DNA from: Peribolospora baueri
Lineage: Eukaryota
Assembly (NCBI GenBank): GCA_029717555.1
Contig: JAMDHS010000017.1
Span: forward strand, 1 to 64,000
Length of the DNA stretch: 64,000 nt
Reading direction: 5' to 3'
Each line of letters starts with the position of its first letter. Positions within the stretch are counted from its first letter, which is position 1. Positions 36,793-49,892 of this stretch are shown here, piece by piece. A model generated the notes under the pieces. It had not been told where the DNA came from. It saw only the letters and a list, made by a program, of their open reading frames with translations, and ran no database searches. The position numbers and the translations under genes were made by a program.

Positions 36793-37332
36793 GGCTCAAC
36801 CCGTGTGAATCGGGAGGGTCAGGGCTCTTATGGTACACGGCGGCGGGGGGATGGTGCGGGAGGAGAGGCGAGCGACGCCGGTGAGGGCGACGGCGAGGAT
36901 CAAGGGGCGAGCGAGAGACAGCCATCGTGGATCTCGACTCTAGCCAGCTCGTAGCGCGGGCTTCCTTTGGTATCGCTAGGTCATCCTCTCTTGGTGCGTC
37001 GGTGTGCTCGTGTCGTTCGTCTCGTGTCGCCTCGCTCGGTTCCTATGGGTTGCAACGAGCCGAGGATGTTTCATACTCCGGACCGGATCGTGCGACGGGT
37101 TCGATCAAAGAACTGAAATGCGAGACTTGGGCGTCGTTTGTAAGCAAATTAAAGGTCATCATCATCGGCCGGGCCGCGCCGCGATTACCGCCCGGCATGC
37201 GTTCATTTTTCACGAGGCAGTCCGTTGTCGCCTCGGAGTCGGGCGACGTCGTCGAGGGCGAGAGCGGAGCGAGACAAGACGACAACGGACGGACGTAGTT
37301 GCAGTCAGCCAGCCAGCGCGATCAGCCGGTGT

Positions 37333-37393
37333 CATCACCATCACCATCACCATCACCATCATCATCACCATCATCCTCATCATCATCATCATC
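37333..37393. repeat. Imperfect (CAT/CAC)n microsatellite
   Basis: About 20 CAY units upstream of the CRAL-TRIO gene. Confidence 0.9.
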
Positions 37394-37807
37394 AACTTTA
37401 TCATCTCCATCTCCATCCCTTTCAGCCTCGCAACGAGCATCGCCTTCCCTCCGTCCAAATCAGCCTCAACTCCCTCTTGCCCTGCCTCGCTCTTCCTCTC
37501 GCGTCCCGCAGCCCTCCTTATTCTGAACAGGCGCCCGTTGCCGTTGCCGTTGCCGAGCAACCCCAGCCGCCGTCGCCCATTCGCAACGCAGCGCCCCGCT
37601 TGCTTTGAGTTGCCACACTCGCAACCCTCCCCGTCGCCTGCCCGACTTTTAACTCTATCCCAGACAATTTCCACGGTCATCCAGAGGGCCCTGCTCGCCC
37701 TCATGAGCTTATACTCGCAACGTCGCTTTTGAAACGACGATCGTCATCCGTCCCCTCGCTCTCTGCCCTTGCTCTCTCTCCTCCCCTCATCCCGCCCTCT
37801 CCCCACC

Positions 37808-40800
37808 ATGCCGCCAGCCACTTTCGCAGCCGTCGCACAGCGAGCGGCCGAGCTCCACCGCGCCTACGTCGAGCACAAGGACATGACGGAAGAGGTGCAA
37901 CGACTCGCGCTCGAATCGCTTGTCGACGAGGTCGTGCAAGAGCTCGGATTGGGTGACGAGGGCGCGGATAGGGCGGCGAGGTTCTTGGATGACACTGGTG
38001 AGGCGGAGAGAGCGCTGTCTGAGCAGCTTGGCTTGGAGACCGATCCGGCCCACCGCTGACGGGCCGCCTCTCGCACCGCTCCACAGCTTCCATCTTCCGC
38101 TTCCTCCGTCGCTCACGCTATAGCGTCCCTACCGCCCTCAACCTGCTTCGGGCGAACCTGATCTGGCGCTTGAATGCATCGGTCGACATGCTCTCCCTCG
38201 ACTCCCTCGACCCGCTCTACACCGGCGCCCCTTCTCCCTCTCCCTCTCTCTCCCCTTCTCCCCTCTCCACGCCGCAACTCGAACGGGACGAATCGTCCCA
38301 GCTCAACGGTTTTGTCCGCTCTCCAAGCCCCGTGAGGAGTGCCAGCCCGGATTCGGGAGGAGAAGGCGGCGGCGACCGCACGCCTCTCTTCCTCCTACCT
38401 TCTGCCATGCACGACAAGCTTCATCGCCCCACCGGGATCATCTACCTCCGAGGCGTGGAGCGCACGCCGGACGGATCTCTGGATGCGCTCAAGGAGTACA
38501 TCGTCTGCATGTTCGAGGTCTGCAGGCGATATCTGAAGAGTTTGAATGACCAGATCGACGGGGGGAGAAGAGGCGACGACGAGGATGTGGACGGGGATGG
38601 CAATGGGAGGAAGGCAGAGACGGAGATGCGGTTGCAAATGAGCATCGTGTTGGATCTAGAGGGCTCCGGGATCAACAATCTGGTGAGCACCGTCCTTCTC
38701 GTCGCCCGTTCACGCTCTTCCGTCCGCCGGTCGTGTGCCACGGTCACGGTCGAATGCAGCCGAGCTGACCGTATCGTGTTCTCTTCGGCCTCGCTCGGTT
38801 TCGATGGGGTTCGGTGACATGACAGGAACTCGAGCTCTTGCCGTTCATGGTTGACTTGCTCAAGAACCATTTCCCCGGCATGGTCGGCGCGAGTGAGTGG
38901 GGTATCGCGTGTTGTTGAGCCGACAGACGGCTGAAGTTCCCTTCTGCTTCCTTTCGTCAGTCTTCCTCCTCCACTATGGCTGGATGTACTCTGGCATGTG
39001 GCAGCTGGCGAAGCGCGTCGTCCCCGAGACCGCTCTCGCCCGCATCTTCTTTCCTAGCATCCAAGATCTTAAGCAGTTCTTCGATGATCCTCAGTTGCCG
39101 CAGGGTGAGAGCTTCTTCCCTATTGCCAATACGTGGTGGGCGTTCGCTGAGCTTTTGCGCTCGCTCGCTCGCTCGTCTCATCTCATTCATTCGTTGCTCT
39201 ACTACGTCCGAACAGCATGGGGCGGTTCCCTCCCACTTGACCTCACTTCTTCCTCCGGCTCCGACATCCCGCGCATCCACGGTAGGATGCAGCATTTCGG
39301 GCCCTGGCCCACCCAGACGAATTCTCAACCCTCCTCGCCTACCCAGGAGCGCCCGACCGGCACGCTCAGCCGGCGGCATAGCTTCGACTCTGTGCCCGAC
39401 ACGTTTTATTCTGCCCCTGGCTCGCCTCGCGTGTGGTCGCGCAGCATGACCCCGCGTGCGTCCCGACCGCCGAGCCCCGTGCACGAGCTCGACGATCCCA
39501 TGCTCACGCAGGAGACCACGCCGTCTCTGAAGAGGAAGCTCAGATCTTTGCAGATGACGAGAGGGCAGGAGCTATCTGGTGGGATGGATGGTTTGGACGG
39601 GTTCGGATCGAGCGGTGGGAGGAGGCAGAGGGTTGCTTCGGAGCCTCAGAACATGGATTTCCTCGCTGCGGCTGCTAAGAACCCGAAACATGGCAGCAGA
39701 GGCGCAACACCGCTACACTCGCCGAGTCTCGCGCGGTCTTCGCTCGCTCTACCGCCCGCCGCGAGCAGTCACGCTCATCACCATCACCGTCATCAGAGTC
39801 ACCGCCACGTGAGGTCCATCTCCTCCGCCAGCGATCTTTCTCTTGACATCTCCGCCAACGGCTTCCCACCGGCCGCGGCGTCGGCCGACCTGTGCTACAC
39901 CCCAACCTCGACACGCTCGAGCCACTACTCCTCCGCACAATCATCCTCCGGTGTCTCTCTGCGCCGCCCCGCGGCCGTGAGCCCGTTCTCGACGCGTGCG
40001 AGCTCTCCCGTGATGGGACGTAGCAGCGGCGGACCGGGATTGTCGTCCATTTCGTCCTTGCAGAATTTCAGGCTCGTCCTTCCCCAGCCGGGCGCGGAGG
40101 CTATGGACGAGACGGACAGCGAGGCTTCGTCGTCGGGGGCTAGTAGTCGGACCGAGGTCGCTGGCGGACGGAGGGGCGAGGAGGAGAGGAAAGAAAAGGG
40201 ACGTGGAGAGGAGGACGGTCAAGCACTGGCGCGCAAGCCCCTATCTCGCTTCTCGCCTTCCAATCCTCACTTTGGCTACCGTCTACCCGAGCCACTTCCC
40301 AGCGACGCAGCTTCCACTCCCCGTCCCCTCGTTTTGTACGGCACCAGCGGCGAAGCGTGGGGAGATGGTGGAGGAGGCCGCTTTGGCCCCTCGTCCGTCT
40401 ACTACCATCACCCTCAGTACCCGCGCAAGCGCAAGCGCGACCTCGTACGCACCCTCACCTATCTTTTCCTTTTGCGCCTCCTGACAGCCAACCGCGAGAT
40501 CAGGGCGCGGCTGGCACACGTTTGGAGGACGTTTGGGCAGACGATCGGGCTCGTCGACCACCGGAGGGAGGCGGAGGTGGCGGATGGGAGGAGGGCGAGT
40601 CGGAGCAGGAATGGGAGCACATCGTCGACGTCGAGGAGGAGAAGGTTGGCCGCTCGCGGATCGTCCACACCCGTCGCCTCGAGCCAGACCGGCGACACGG
40701 GCTTCCTCGGCACTGGCATCCGCATCCGCACCCGTTGGATCTACCTTTTCTGCATCCTCCTCTTCCTCTTCCACCGCTACGATGCCGCGACATGGGTGCG

Positions 40801-41218
40801 GCAACACGTGTACCTCCTCTCCACCGCTGTTTTGGAGCCATCTAGCCGGTTCCTCGGTGGCGGCGGCGGTGGCAGTGGTGGTGGCGGCAGACAGGGAAGG
40901 GGAGGTGGTGGTACAGGGAAAGGAAAGGGCACCCGACCGCTGTTCCCGTCCGGTCGCATTGAGTCCGCGCCGTCCTCTTCGTCTCCCTCGCCATCCTTCC
41001 TCCCCTCCACGGCCACTCCTCCCTTGTCTGGTGGCTTCGGCCTTGGCCTCGGCCTCGGGCCCGTCGTCGGTCGCGGCATCGCGCACCTGCCCATACCCAT
41101 ACCGAACGTGGATCCGATGGCGCACACGCGCTCGGGATTCCACATCCGGCAGAGGCTCGGATTGGGAGGCTTTGTCGGTATGGGCCCGGGGCGGAGCGCT
41201 CCGTCTCCTCGGGCGTGA
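37808..41218 (+). CDS. CRAL-TRIO (Sec14-like) domain protein with long disordered tail and C-terminal hydrophobic segment
   Basis: DKLHRPTGIIYL, QMSIVLDLEGSG, LLKNHFPGMVG..VFLLHYGWMYSGMWQLAKRVVPETALARIFF, LPQAWGG. Hydrophobic WIYLFCILLFLF near the C-terminus. Confidence 0.85.
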
Positions 41219-42752
41219 CCGAATGAATTAATTATTCATCTGGCTGTTTGCAAAGTCACTTGGCTCGCGACGTTCTGTTCTTCGCTTTCTCGCACCGCAC
41301 GCCATCCCATCCCATCGCAGCACATGCACCATCTGTCCGTCCATCCTCGCTCCTACTCCGGCCCTCCCTGTCCTTTTCCCGTTTACCCCGCCCCTGTACT
41401 GTTACAGCTGCCGGCCCGGCCCGGCCTACCGTCCCTGGCCTGGCCTGGCCTGGCCTCTGGCTTGGTTGGAGCCATCGTGAGCCGTCGTATCAATCACGCA
41501 GCTCGCAGCACGCAATCAATGAACATCGCAAGCCCCCTGATGGACACCTCGAACGAAGCTCTCCCTCTCCGAGGGGTTGACAGCGGACACGGTTCCGAAG
41601 CTGGTTGGTAGAAGCGCTGGGGGACGACGCCGTACATCGATCGATCGATCCCCAGGCCCGGCGAAGGGCTAAAAGAAGATTCCGCGCACTTCTTGTTGTC
41701 TTCTTTTTTCATTGCTGCAGCCTGGGGCTAGTGGGGATCGTCCACGGATGGACGTATGGGGCATGTGAAGATTTAGAGAGGAAGGGAGGGGTGTGCGTCG
41801 AGCCCAAAGCAGGGACGGACGGACGGGCGGTGTTCGTGTGTGGCGATCGCGTCGGGAGGCTCTGTTCTGATCGAGCGGGGTCGCTTGGCTGTCCTTCCCT
41901 TCCCTTCATTCTCCGTCCGTCGCTCCACCTCGCCCCCGTCGAGGCTGCTCCGCTGGAGAGCCGGTGGCCGGGCTGACGTGGGTGGGTAGGCGAGGACGGC
42001 AATGCTGGACGCGTTTGGCGGGTGGTTGGGAGTCATCCATCCATCCATCTATCATCTATCTATTCTGGGCAAAAGACACCTGACCTGACGAGCGACTGCG
42101 ACTGCGTTCCCCACTCGTGCTTTTCGGAAAAGGTCCGAGAGAGGGGCGGCGTTTGGAGGCCATGCTGGGCGCGAGGATGGGGAAGGAACTGGACGAGGAG
42201 GGAGTGGAGCATGTGGTGGTGGTGTGTGCACTGGCTGTGCTGTGTTGTGGCCAGAGTCAGAGTTAAGCAAGCGTCTTGGCGAGGTTGGCGAGGAACGTCG
42301 TCGAACGGTGACTATTATGCAGTTCGCTGTCTGTGGGCGGTGGGGCCGAGCGAGAAGGATGTATGCGCATGGATGCATGCGCATGGATGTATGCGTCTGC
42401 TGCTCGCCCCCTCCCCTCCGCACACCGCCGGGCACGGGTGGGAGGAGGGATGGGATGCACGGAGGAAGACTGTCTCGGACTCTTGGCAGCCTTCACTTCA
42501 GCCTCCGCCCGAGCCCGACGAGGCAACGAAGGACGGAGAACAGAGTGACGGAGTGACGCTTGCTTGGCTTCGATCGTCATCGTCCCGATGAAGCGCAGTC
42601 GAATAAAGTCCGTCCACCGCTCCGCTCACACAAATACGATCCATCCACTCCGCCCCCCGAGTCCGTATTTGCCCCCCCTCCCTCCTCCCATCCTCCTTTC
42701 CCTTCCCTGGACACCACCACCCGAATCCCCACCGTCGTCGTCGCCACTCGCC

Positions 42753-44878
42753 ATGAAGACGTCCACGACCGTGTTGCCCTCGGCGCTCCTCGCCCTCGCC
42801 ACCGCCTTCGTTTCCGCTGCCCCCGCCCTCGCTTTCCCCTCCCCCGCATCTGAAGCAGAGGACGTCTTCTCCACACAACCGCACGTCGAGGCGAGAGTGT
42901 CCCAAGCCCAAGCCGAAGGCATCACCATCCCGCTCACCCACGTCCGCAGCCGCGCCGCCACCCTCGACCCGGCGCACCCTACCAAGCGCTCCCTCTTCAT
43001 CGCCTCCCTCAACGCAGAGGCGGACAGGCTGCGCGTCAAGTACGGTGCCAAGTCTCTCAACGCCAACGCCGCCAATCAGCGCAGGAGAGAGCGAGCCGAG
43101 GAGGCCTTCTTGGCCAAGAAGAAGAAGGCCTCCGTGTCGGGCGAGCCGCGGCAGGACGAGGCACTGGTGGAGAAGCGGCAGAGCGTCGCCCTGAGCGACT
43201 ACGGTGCCGACAGGTGAGCCCGGCGCGCCCCGCTGATCTCATCCACGCCCTCCGCGCGCCGTGTATGCGTCCGTGTATGCGCATCACCACTCAATTCTTT
43301 CCCTCCTCCACCCATTGCTGCTCCCTCTCTCTTGCCATGCCTCCGCAGCTTCTACTACGGCACCATCAGCATCGGGACGCCGCCGCAGAAGTTCGGCATG
43401 ATCCTCGACGTGAGCGTCATGAGATGGATAGATGCTTCGCTCTCCACCCGCGCCACGCTCACTCCTCTCTCCCTCCTGCAGACCGGCTCCTCAGATCTCT
43501 GGGTCGCCGACTCGTCCTGCTCAACCTCGCAAGGCTGCCCGTCCTCGTCGGCCAAGTACCAGTCCTCCCAATCCTCCACCTACATCCACTCTTCCACCCC
43601 CTTTTCCATCCAATATGGCTCCGGCGACACCGGCGGCAACCTTGCCGCCGACACGGTGTCCATCGGCGGCTGGACGGTACAGAACCAGACGTTCGCCCAG
43701 TCAACCCACGTATCTTCCAACACCCTCCAAGGTCCCGTCTCCGGACTCATGGGCCTCGGCTGGCAGTCGCTCGCCGAGTCCAACGCGACGCCTTTCTGGA
43801 CGTCCATCCTCGCCTCCGCCGGAGCGTCCGATCCCCTGTTCACCTTCTCCCTCAACCGCAACTCTGACTCGGCCTCCGCCGTGACCGACGGCGGCACGTT
43901 CACGCTCGGCAAGCTTGACTCGTCGCAGTACAAGGGAAGCGTCAACTATGTCAACATCCCGAATGGCGAAGAGGGCTATTGGCAGATTCCCCTCGATGGC
44001 ATCAGCGTCGGCGGAAACCAGGCCGTTCAGGGCGGTACTCAGGTCGCCGTGGACAGCGGCAGTGAGTGGCAAGCGGTGGCTCTTACCTCCCCATTGCATC
44101 GCCCGCTAATGGAATCCTCCCTTTCTCGCCTCCGGCAGCCACGCTGATCGGTGGGCCCTCCTCCGCCGTCGCGGCCCTCTATGCTCAGATCCCTGGCTCG
44201 AAGTCTGCCAGTGCGGCCGGCTTGCAAGGCTACTACACCTACCCCTGCTCCACCCAAGTCCAAGTGAGCTTCACTTTCGGTGGCGTCAGCTACAGCATGA
44301 ACCCGACGGACTTCAACTTTGGTGCCCTGTCCTCGTTCGACACGTCCGACTGCGTTGGTGCCTTTTTCGAGGTCGATCAGGGTTTCGGCGGTCAGGGCGG
44401 GCCGTCTTGGATCGTCGGCAACGCGTTCCTTAAGAACGTCTTTTCCGTCTTCCGGTACAACCCACCTTCGGTCGGCTTCGCCTCCCTCTCCGGCTCTTCC
44501 TCTTCCTCCTCCTCCTCCACTCCGTCCTCCGGAGGTTCCTCCTCCTCCGGCGGCGGCGCGTCCCCGGGCACGGTCACAGCCGTCACCTCCGCAGGCGGCG
44601 CCACCGGCACCGCGACGGGGACTATCGGCGGCGGCGGCGGCGGCGGACCTCTACCCACCATGCACCCCACCTCGGCCGCCTCCGGAGGCGGCGGCTCGGG
44701 CCTGCCCGCGCCCGTCGCGAGCCACGGCGTGGACTCGAGCGCGAGCACGAAGGGCGGCTCGAACTCGAACTCGAACTCGAACTCGAACTCGGCGGCGGCG
44801 CCCAGGTGGGCCGCTTCTTCCGTCCTCGGCGCCGTTGTCGCCCTCGTCGCGGCAGGCGCGGCGGCCGTCGTCGTCTGA
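42753..44878 (+). CDS. Secreted, probably GPI-anchored A1 aspartic protease
   Basis: Signal peptide MKTSTTVLPSALLALATAFVSA, propeptide ending VEKR, YYGTISIGTPPQ, D|TGSSDLWV, IQYGSG, DSG|TTLI, WIVGNAFLKN, Ser/Gly/Thr tail and hydrophobic C-terminus. Confidence 0.94.
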
Positions 44879-46266
44879 GGTCTCCGCTCAGCTCAGCTCA
44901 GCTCGAGCGGTCGCGGCACATTCGTTTGAGAGAAGAGGAAAAACTTGCACTCGGTTTCATTCAGGTGAAGAGATTTTCCAAACGGGACTCCTGGAGTGTG
45001 TGGGATGAGACGGGAAGATGTGGACGCCATCGACGGCAAGGGACGCGTCTGCGGGCTCGGGCGCATCGGAAGGGAGTGAGGCGGTGCGGTCGGGGTGACC
45101 GTCCGTCCTGTCCTGTCCTGTCTTTCGCCCGCGACGCCGTCCCGTCGGGCGCGTGACATTCCCTTATAGACATTATCATGGGTGGAATATCATGGATGGA
45201 TGGAGACATGGATGGCTGCGACGACGCTCGGCATGACGCTTTCGCCGGCGCCCGTCGTGTTCACTTGGAAAGTACGGGTATGGTCGCGACGCTGCGTTCG
45301 TGAAGCTCGTCGCGTTGGCCGGGCCGGAGAAGAACCGGAGACGTAGCTAGCCGCAGGAGCTCACACGCACGGACGCACGCGCGGGTCGGCCGATGTATAT
45401 AAGACGGGACGTCGATCTGGTGGTGGAGCCCTCGCTGTATTAATTCATTCATCCATCATGACCGCCGTTGGGTTGGCCCTTTCCCTCGTCCAGCTGCTGT
45501 GTACACCGGAGACGGCCCTCCTATGATCTTTAATCCACACGCAGATTTGGGTTTGTAGGAACGGTGTGATCTGCTGGGATACGTGAGCGACGCGCTCACT
45601 TTCGATAGACTTGGCTACAAGACAGGGACGTCTGGTTTTCTACTGCCACAGTATCCAGTTGTTTTCCTCCAGTCGTTTTCCTACTGCCACACAGCCACCC
45701 CCCAAACATTGGCAAGGAGAATCGAAAGATGTGACCGACGTGTGTCAGTTCGCTTACCACACAGCCTTCTGTCCCCCTATTCTTTCGTTGACCGAGCTCG
45801 TATCTCCTCCTTGTATGGACTCTGCTGCTCCCTACCGAACATATGTCATGCAGGTTCAGCAGCAGGGCCGGGCGCCTCGATGGCCAACCGAGCGTGTTGT
45901 CACCGTCGATGGAGACATGTGCACACATCCATCCATCCATCCATCCATCTGCCCGTCTCGTAAGCTGCCCGTGTCGCAAGACATGTTCGTCAGACTCGGC
46001 AGCGTGACCAGGCACACGTTGATTAGCATTTGCGTCGTCTTCGTCCATCCGTCTTCCGCCCTCCTCTTCGAGTTTGTCTCGCGTCCGTTGGTTGTTTGCG
46101 TCGGTGCGAGTGAGCGACTGACAAACGCGGCGACGAACGCGGAGCGAGGTCGGTCTAGTAGTCTACAAAAGGGAGGAGATCTGACGACGGTGGCCGTGGT
46201 CGTCCCCTCCCCCTCCCCCGTCTCGCTCGCTGCTTGTCGTCGTCGTCGTCATCATCGTCGGACACA

Positions 46267-48582
46267 ATGCGCTCCGCTCGAGCTCGACTCGACTCCCTCC
46301 ACTCTCGCCCTCCCGCAGCAGCCCCAGCGTCGTCGTCATCAGCGACAGCGACACCGCCGAGCCGAGCCGGACTACTGGCGGTTGCCGCAGCACCGACGTC
46401 GTCCCGAGGCCGTTCCGCGGGCGTCCCTTGCCTGCCTGGATACAACATCAACACGCTCCACCACAACTCCTCGTATCCACTCCACCACCTCCCTTCCCTA
46501 TCCCCTCCCCACGGCCACAGGCCTCGCCCCGAATGGTGCGCTTCCGCCAGCTCGAGCTCGACGACTGTTAGGCAGCAGCTCCCAGTAAGCCCGTCCGCTC
46601 GCATCTGCGCACCCCCCTCCCCCCCCGGCCTCCCCACCATGGCTCACGGCCACCGTACCCTCCCGGAGGTACCCCTCGGCCTTCACCACGACGCCCACGC
46701 TCACTCTAATGCTGGCACCTCTCGTACTCCCATCGGCGGCGCCGGCCTTCTCACCCCTCCCTCCTCTGCTACCTTGTCCGCCTACGCCACCGGCAGAAGC
46801 GGTACTAGCAGCGGCGCCGGCGCCAGCGCGTCCGGCAAGGCCCCCGCCATCGACCCTGCGACTCTCAGATACCCGCTACCCTCGCCGGCGTCGTCTATGA
46901 CCTCCGCCAACGCCTTCGCATCTCACTCCGTCTCTCCTGCGCCGATCGACCGCGACCGACCCGCCGGGCTCACGCTGCACCAGCCTCGTGCCATGTATGC
47001 CTACGGTGGTGTTCGCGCTGCCCCCCTCCGCTCTCCCAGCTCCCGTTCTCCTCCTCCCGTCAGTCCCCGCGTGCCGTCCAGAACAGGCGCCGTCACCCCT
47101 TCGTCCTCCTCACGACCCCCTCAACCGCCCACGCCCACGCAGACCGAGCTCGCGAGCTTCGAGGCGCTCGTACGCGCCATGTACGACTCCACCGACCCAG
47201 CCTCGTCCGCGACGGCTTCGCGCGCCGTCGAGCGCACCCTCGCCAGCGTGCCGCCCAGTCACCGCGCGCACTACACCCGTCTCCAGGCGTCCATTCGTCA
47301 GCGTTGGCACTTTGAGCGCGCGCGCCAGCGCAGGGACGAGATGGAACGTCTCATCGACGGCACCGTTTCCGCCTCCGCGCTCAGCGCGTCCAGCAGGGCA
47401 GATCTGAGGGGCAAGGACGCGCGTGCGGAGCGCAGGACCCGCTTTGCCGCCTTCCTTCGTGCCCACTGTCGGCAGGGACAGATCGGCACCATGCCCTTCT
47501 TCGCCGCGCTCAGGGCCGCTATGTGTTTCCAGGTCAGGGCGGGTGGGAAGAGGGTCGAATGGGAGATCGACGACGCCCTTTTCATGGAAGCTGGACCCAA
47601 GGAGTGGGGCGAGGAGGCCGTGACCGTGCTCAAAGGCGTCTTGGGTTTCGATACAGAGGCGACTCGGAGAAAGCGACGAAGACGCTCCAACGAGGCCAAG
47701 GAGACCCTCCGCCCGGCCGGTGGACCGGACGCGCCCTCCTCTCAGGCCGTCTCGTCTCCCCCCACATCCACATCCGTGCTCGGGCCTCAAAGCCGGAGAG
47801 CGGAGGAAACGCCAGAGTCTCCCTTCCACGACCGAAGTGATCCCGCCGCTTCGAAGATGGCCGCCGGTGCTGAACCTCCATCTCAATCTCGCTCCAGGTC
47901 CATCTCGGACCCGTTCATAGACCCAGCCACCCCTTCCACCAAGGCTCTCGCCCCGTCGTCGCAGCAGGCCGCGCCTGCGCCGCCCGTGGCCGTCGTTCCG
48001 AAGCTCAAGCTGCCCTCGAGCCATGATGCCGACCGGCCGTCACAGGACTTGGACGACGTCTCTCTCCGCTCCATCTCCTCCCCTTCCGTCTCCTCCCTTC
48101 AGACGGACGAGAGCCATGACCTACGCATGGGCTGGATGTCCTCCGAGGACTCGAGCCCCCGTCCGCGCGTATGGATCATGCCGCCTTACTTTTCCAACTC
48201 GGAGCTCGTCGATCTCATCCGCCTCTTCCCGCCCTTTGTCCCCATCTCCAAGCGTCCGCGTTTCGGCGCGGCTGCCGTCGCGCACGGGACCGGGACCGGG
48301 GCGCGCAAGGAGGGATCCGACAATCCTGGCGCGCTTGAGGAGGGCCTCGGGGCAGAAGAGGAGGACGGAGAGGGGAATGTGGAAGACGAGGATGCGGACG
48401 CGGAGGCAGGCGATCGGTCTCGGAGAGATCGACGGGGCAGACGTGCCTTTGGCGGCTTCAAGACCGCCACCGGCCGCCTGCGCGCCGGCCTCGGACCCCG
48501 AGATCCCGGCTTCAGGGGGGGCATTTGGGAGCGGTTCGTACGCTGGCTTTTGGCGCTGTTCGGGCTCGTCAAGCTCGGTTGA
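46267..48582 (+). CDS. Hypothetical intronless protein (about 770 aa) with a central ordered domain
   Basis: Long ORF with ordered block FEALVRAMY...HYTRLQASIR...IGTMPFFAAL...RVEWEIDDALFMEAG...LKGVLGF and C-terminal RDPGFRGGIWERFVRWL. Confidence 0.78.
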   Translation: MRSARARLDSLHSRPPAAAPASSSSATATPPSRAGLLAVAAAPTSSRGRSAGVPCLPGYNINTLHHNSSYPLHHLPSLSPPHGHRPRPEWCASASSSSTTVRQQLPVSPSARICAPPSPPGLPTMAHGHRTLPEVPLGLHHDAHAHSNAGTSRTPIGGAGLLTPPSSATLSAYATGRSGTSSGAGASASGKAPAIDPATLRYPLPSPASSMTSANAFASHSVSPAPIDRDRPAGLTLHQPRAMYAYGGVRAAPLRSPSSRSPPPVSPRVPSRTGAVTPSSSSRPPQPPTPTQTELASFEALVRAMYDSTDPASSATASRAVERTLASVPPSHRAHYTRLQASIRQRWHFERARQRRDEMERLIDGTVSASALSASSRADLRGKDARAERRTRFAAFLRAHCRQGQIGTMPFFAALRAAMCFQVRAGGKRVEWEIDDALFMEAGPKEWGEEAVTVLKGVLGFDTEATRRKRRRRSNEAKETLRPAGGPDAPSSQAVSSPPTSTSVLGPQSRRAEETPESPFHDRSDPAASKMAAGAEPPSQSRSRSISDPFIDPATPSTKALAPSSQQAAPAPPVAVVPKLKLPSSHDADRPSQDLDDVSLRSISSPSVSSLQTDESHDLRMGWMSSEDSSPRPRVWIMPPYFSNSELVDLIRLFPPFVPISKRPRFGAAAVAHGTGTGARKEGSDNPGALEEGLGAEEEDGEGNVEDEDADAEAGDRSRRDRRGRRAFGGFKTATGRLRAGLGPRDPGFRGGIWERFVRWLLALFGLVKLG

Positions 48583-49892
48583 CACATCGTCCCCAAGCTC
48601 GACCCGACGACGTCCCTCGCTCCTTTTTTCCTTTTTTATTTTTATTTTTCCGTCTTCACTTTGACCGCTGCGCGGCCTGGCCTCGCTCTCACGCTCGTTG
48701 CCACATAATCCGTTCCTTTCCCCATTCCTACCTTCCTTCCTTACTATACTCTGTTTTCCTTCCTCGCCTTATCATAGGCCCCCGCCCTTCTCGTTCCCGT
48801 CTTGTCTCCATCCTAGGACACTCCTTCTCCTTCCTTCCTTCCGCCTTCCGCCTTTTTTCGCGTCTCCCTCTCGCACCGTTCCGTACCTCTCTCTCTCTCT
48901 CGTGTCCCTCGATCGTCGCACCGCCACAACCTCATCTCGCACCGTCCTTTCCCAGTTCCCTGTCTCATTTATCAATGGAGCTCCTCGCTCAGGCCCAGAG
49001 CCGCACCTGTCTGTCCTGTCCTTCTATCTCCCTCCCGTCCCTCTTGGAAGTTTATACGTTTTCACTGCCTTCGGGCTTGGCAGAAAGACAAGACAAGACA
49101 AAAGACGAAGGTTGACCTCTCCTCTCTCTTTCGACTTCCGAAGCGCCGCAGACCTCCGTGCCCAGAGAGAGGTCCGGCTCGTCTCATACCCCATCTCGCA
49201 ACTCGATGCGATCGGATCGGTGATGAATCCCATCGTCACCGCCCATCGCCCCCGGTGGAAAAAAGATCGAAGAGGAATCGCCGTTCGCGGTCGGTCGGTG
49301 AGAAAGGGATCAATCATGTCCTGCCTCCGACATTCGTCCGTTCGTCCGTCCGTCCATCCGTCCGTCCGTCCGTTCGTCCGCCCAGGGCGTGGGTACGTAC
49401 GTACGTAGGACCGCCGCGCCGTCCGTTTTCCTATAGACTCGGTACCGGTACGGAAATACTGAAAAGACTGCCTGCCCCCCACCCTCCCACCCACCCAGTC
49501 GATTCAGATCCGAGGAACGGGCCCCCATCTCGTCTCAAGCGCGAGGGCTTCCCTCCCTAGGCGCTATTCGCCTGTGTTTGTCCCGGACTCACGCACGAAC
49601 ATGAGGGTGGGGTGAGTGGGCGTCGGCGTAGGGGAACCGCGTTTCTGCCCACCCGAGAATGAGGAACGAGCACGGCGGCCAGCCCAGCCCAGTGAAGGTA
49701 TAGAGAGAGAAAGACTGGAGAGAGAAAGGGAGAGGCATAACGCCGGTCGAAACCCAAAGAGAAGAAAGGAATGAGATGAAGAGAAAGATGAGGATCTCCA
49801 TCGCCGGCCGGTGGACGGAAGGTACGACGCATATGCAGCGGCCGCACGCATGCGCGTGTGCGTGCGTGCATACACGCGTGGGACGCCTTCCT

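Noticed and set aside
37004..37732. ORFs with poly-His, poly-Ile or poly-Met runs
   Set aside because: Translations of the (CAY)n microsatellite.
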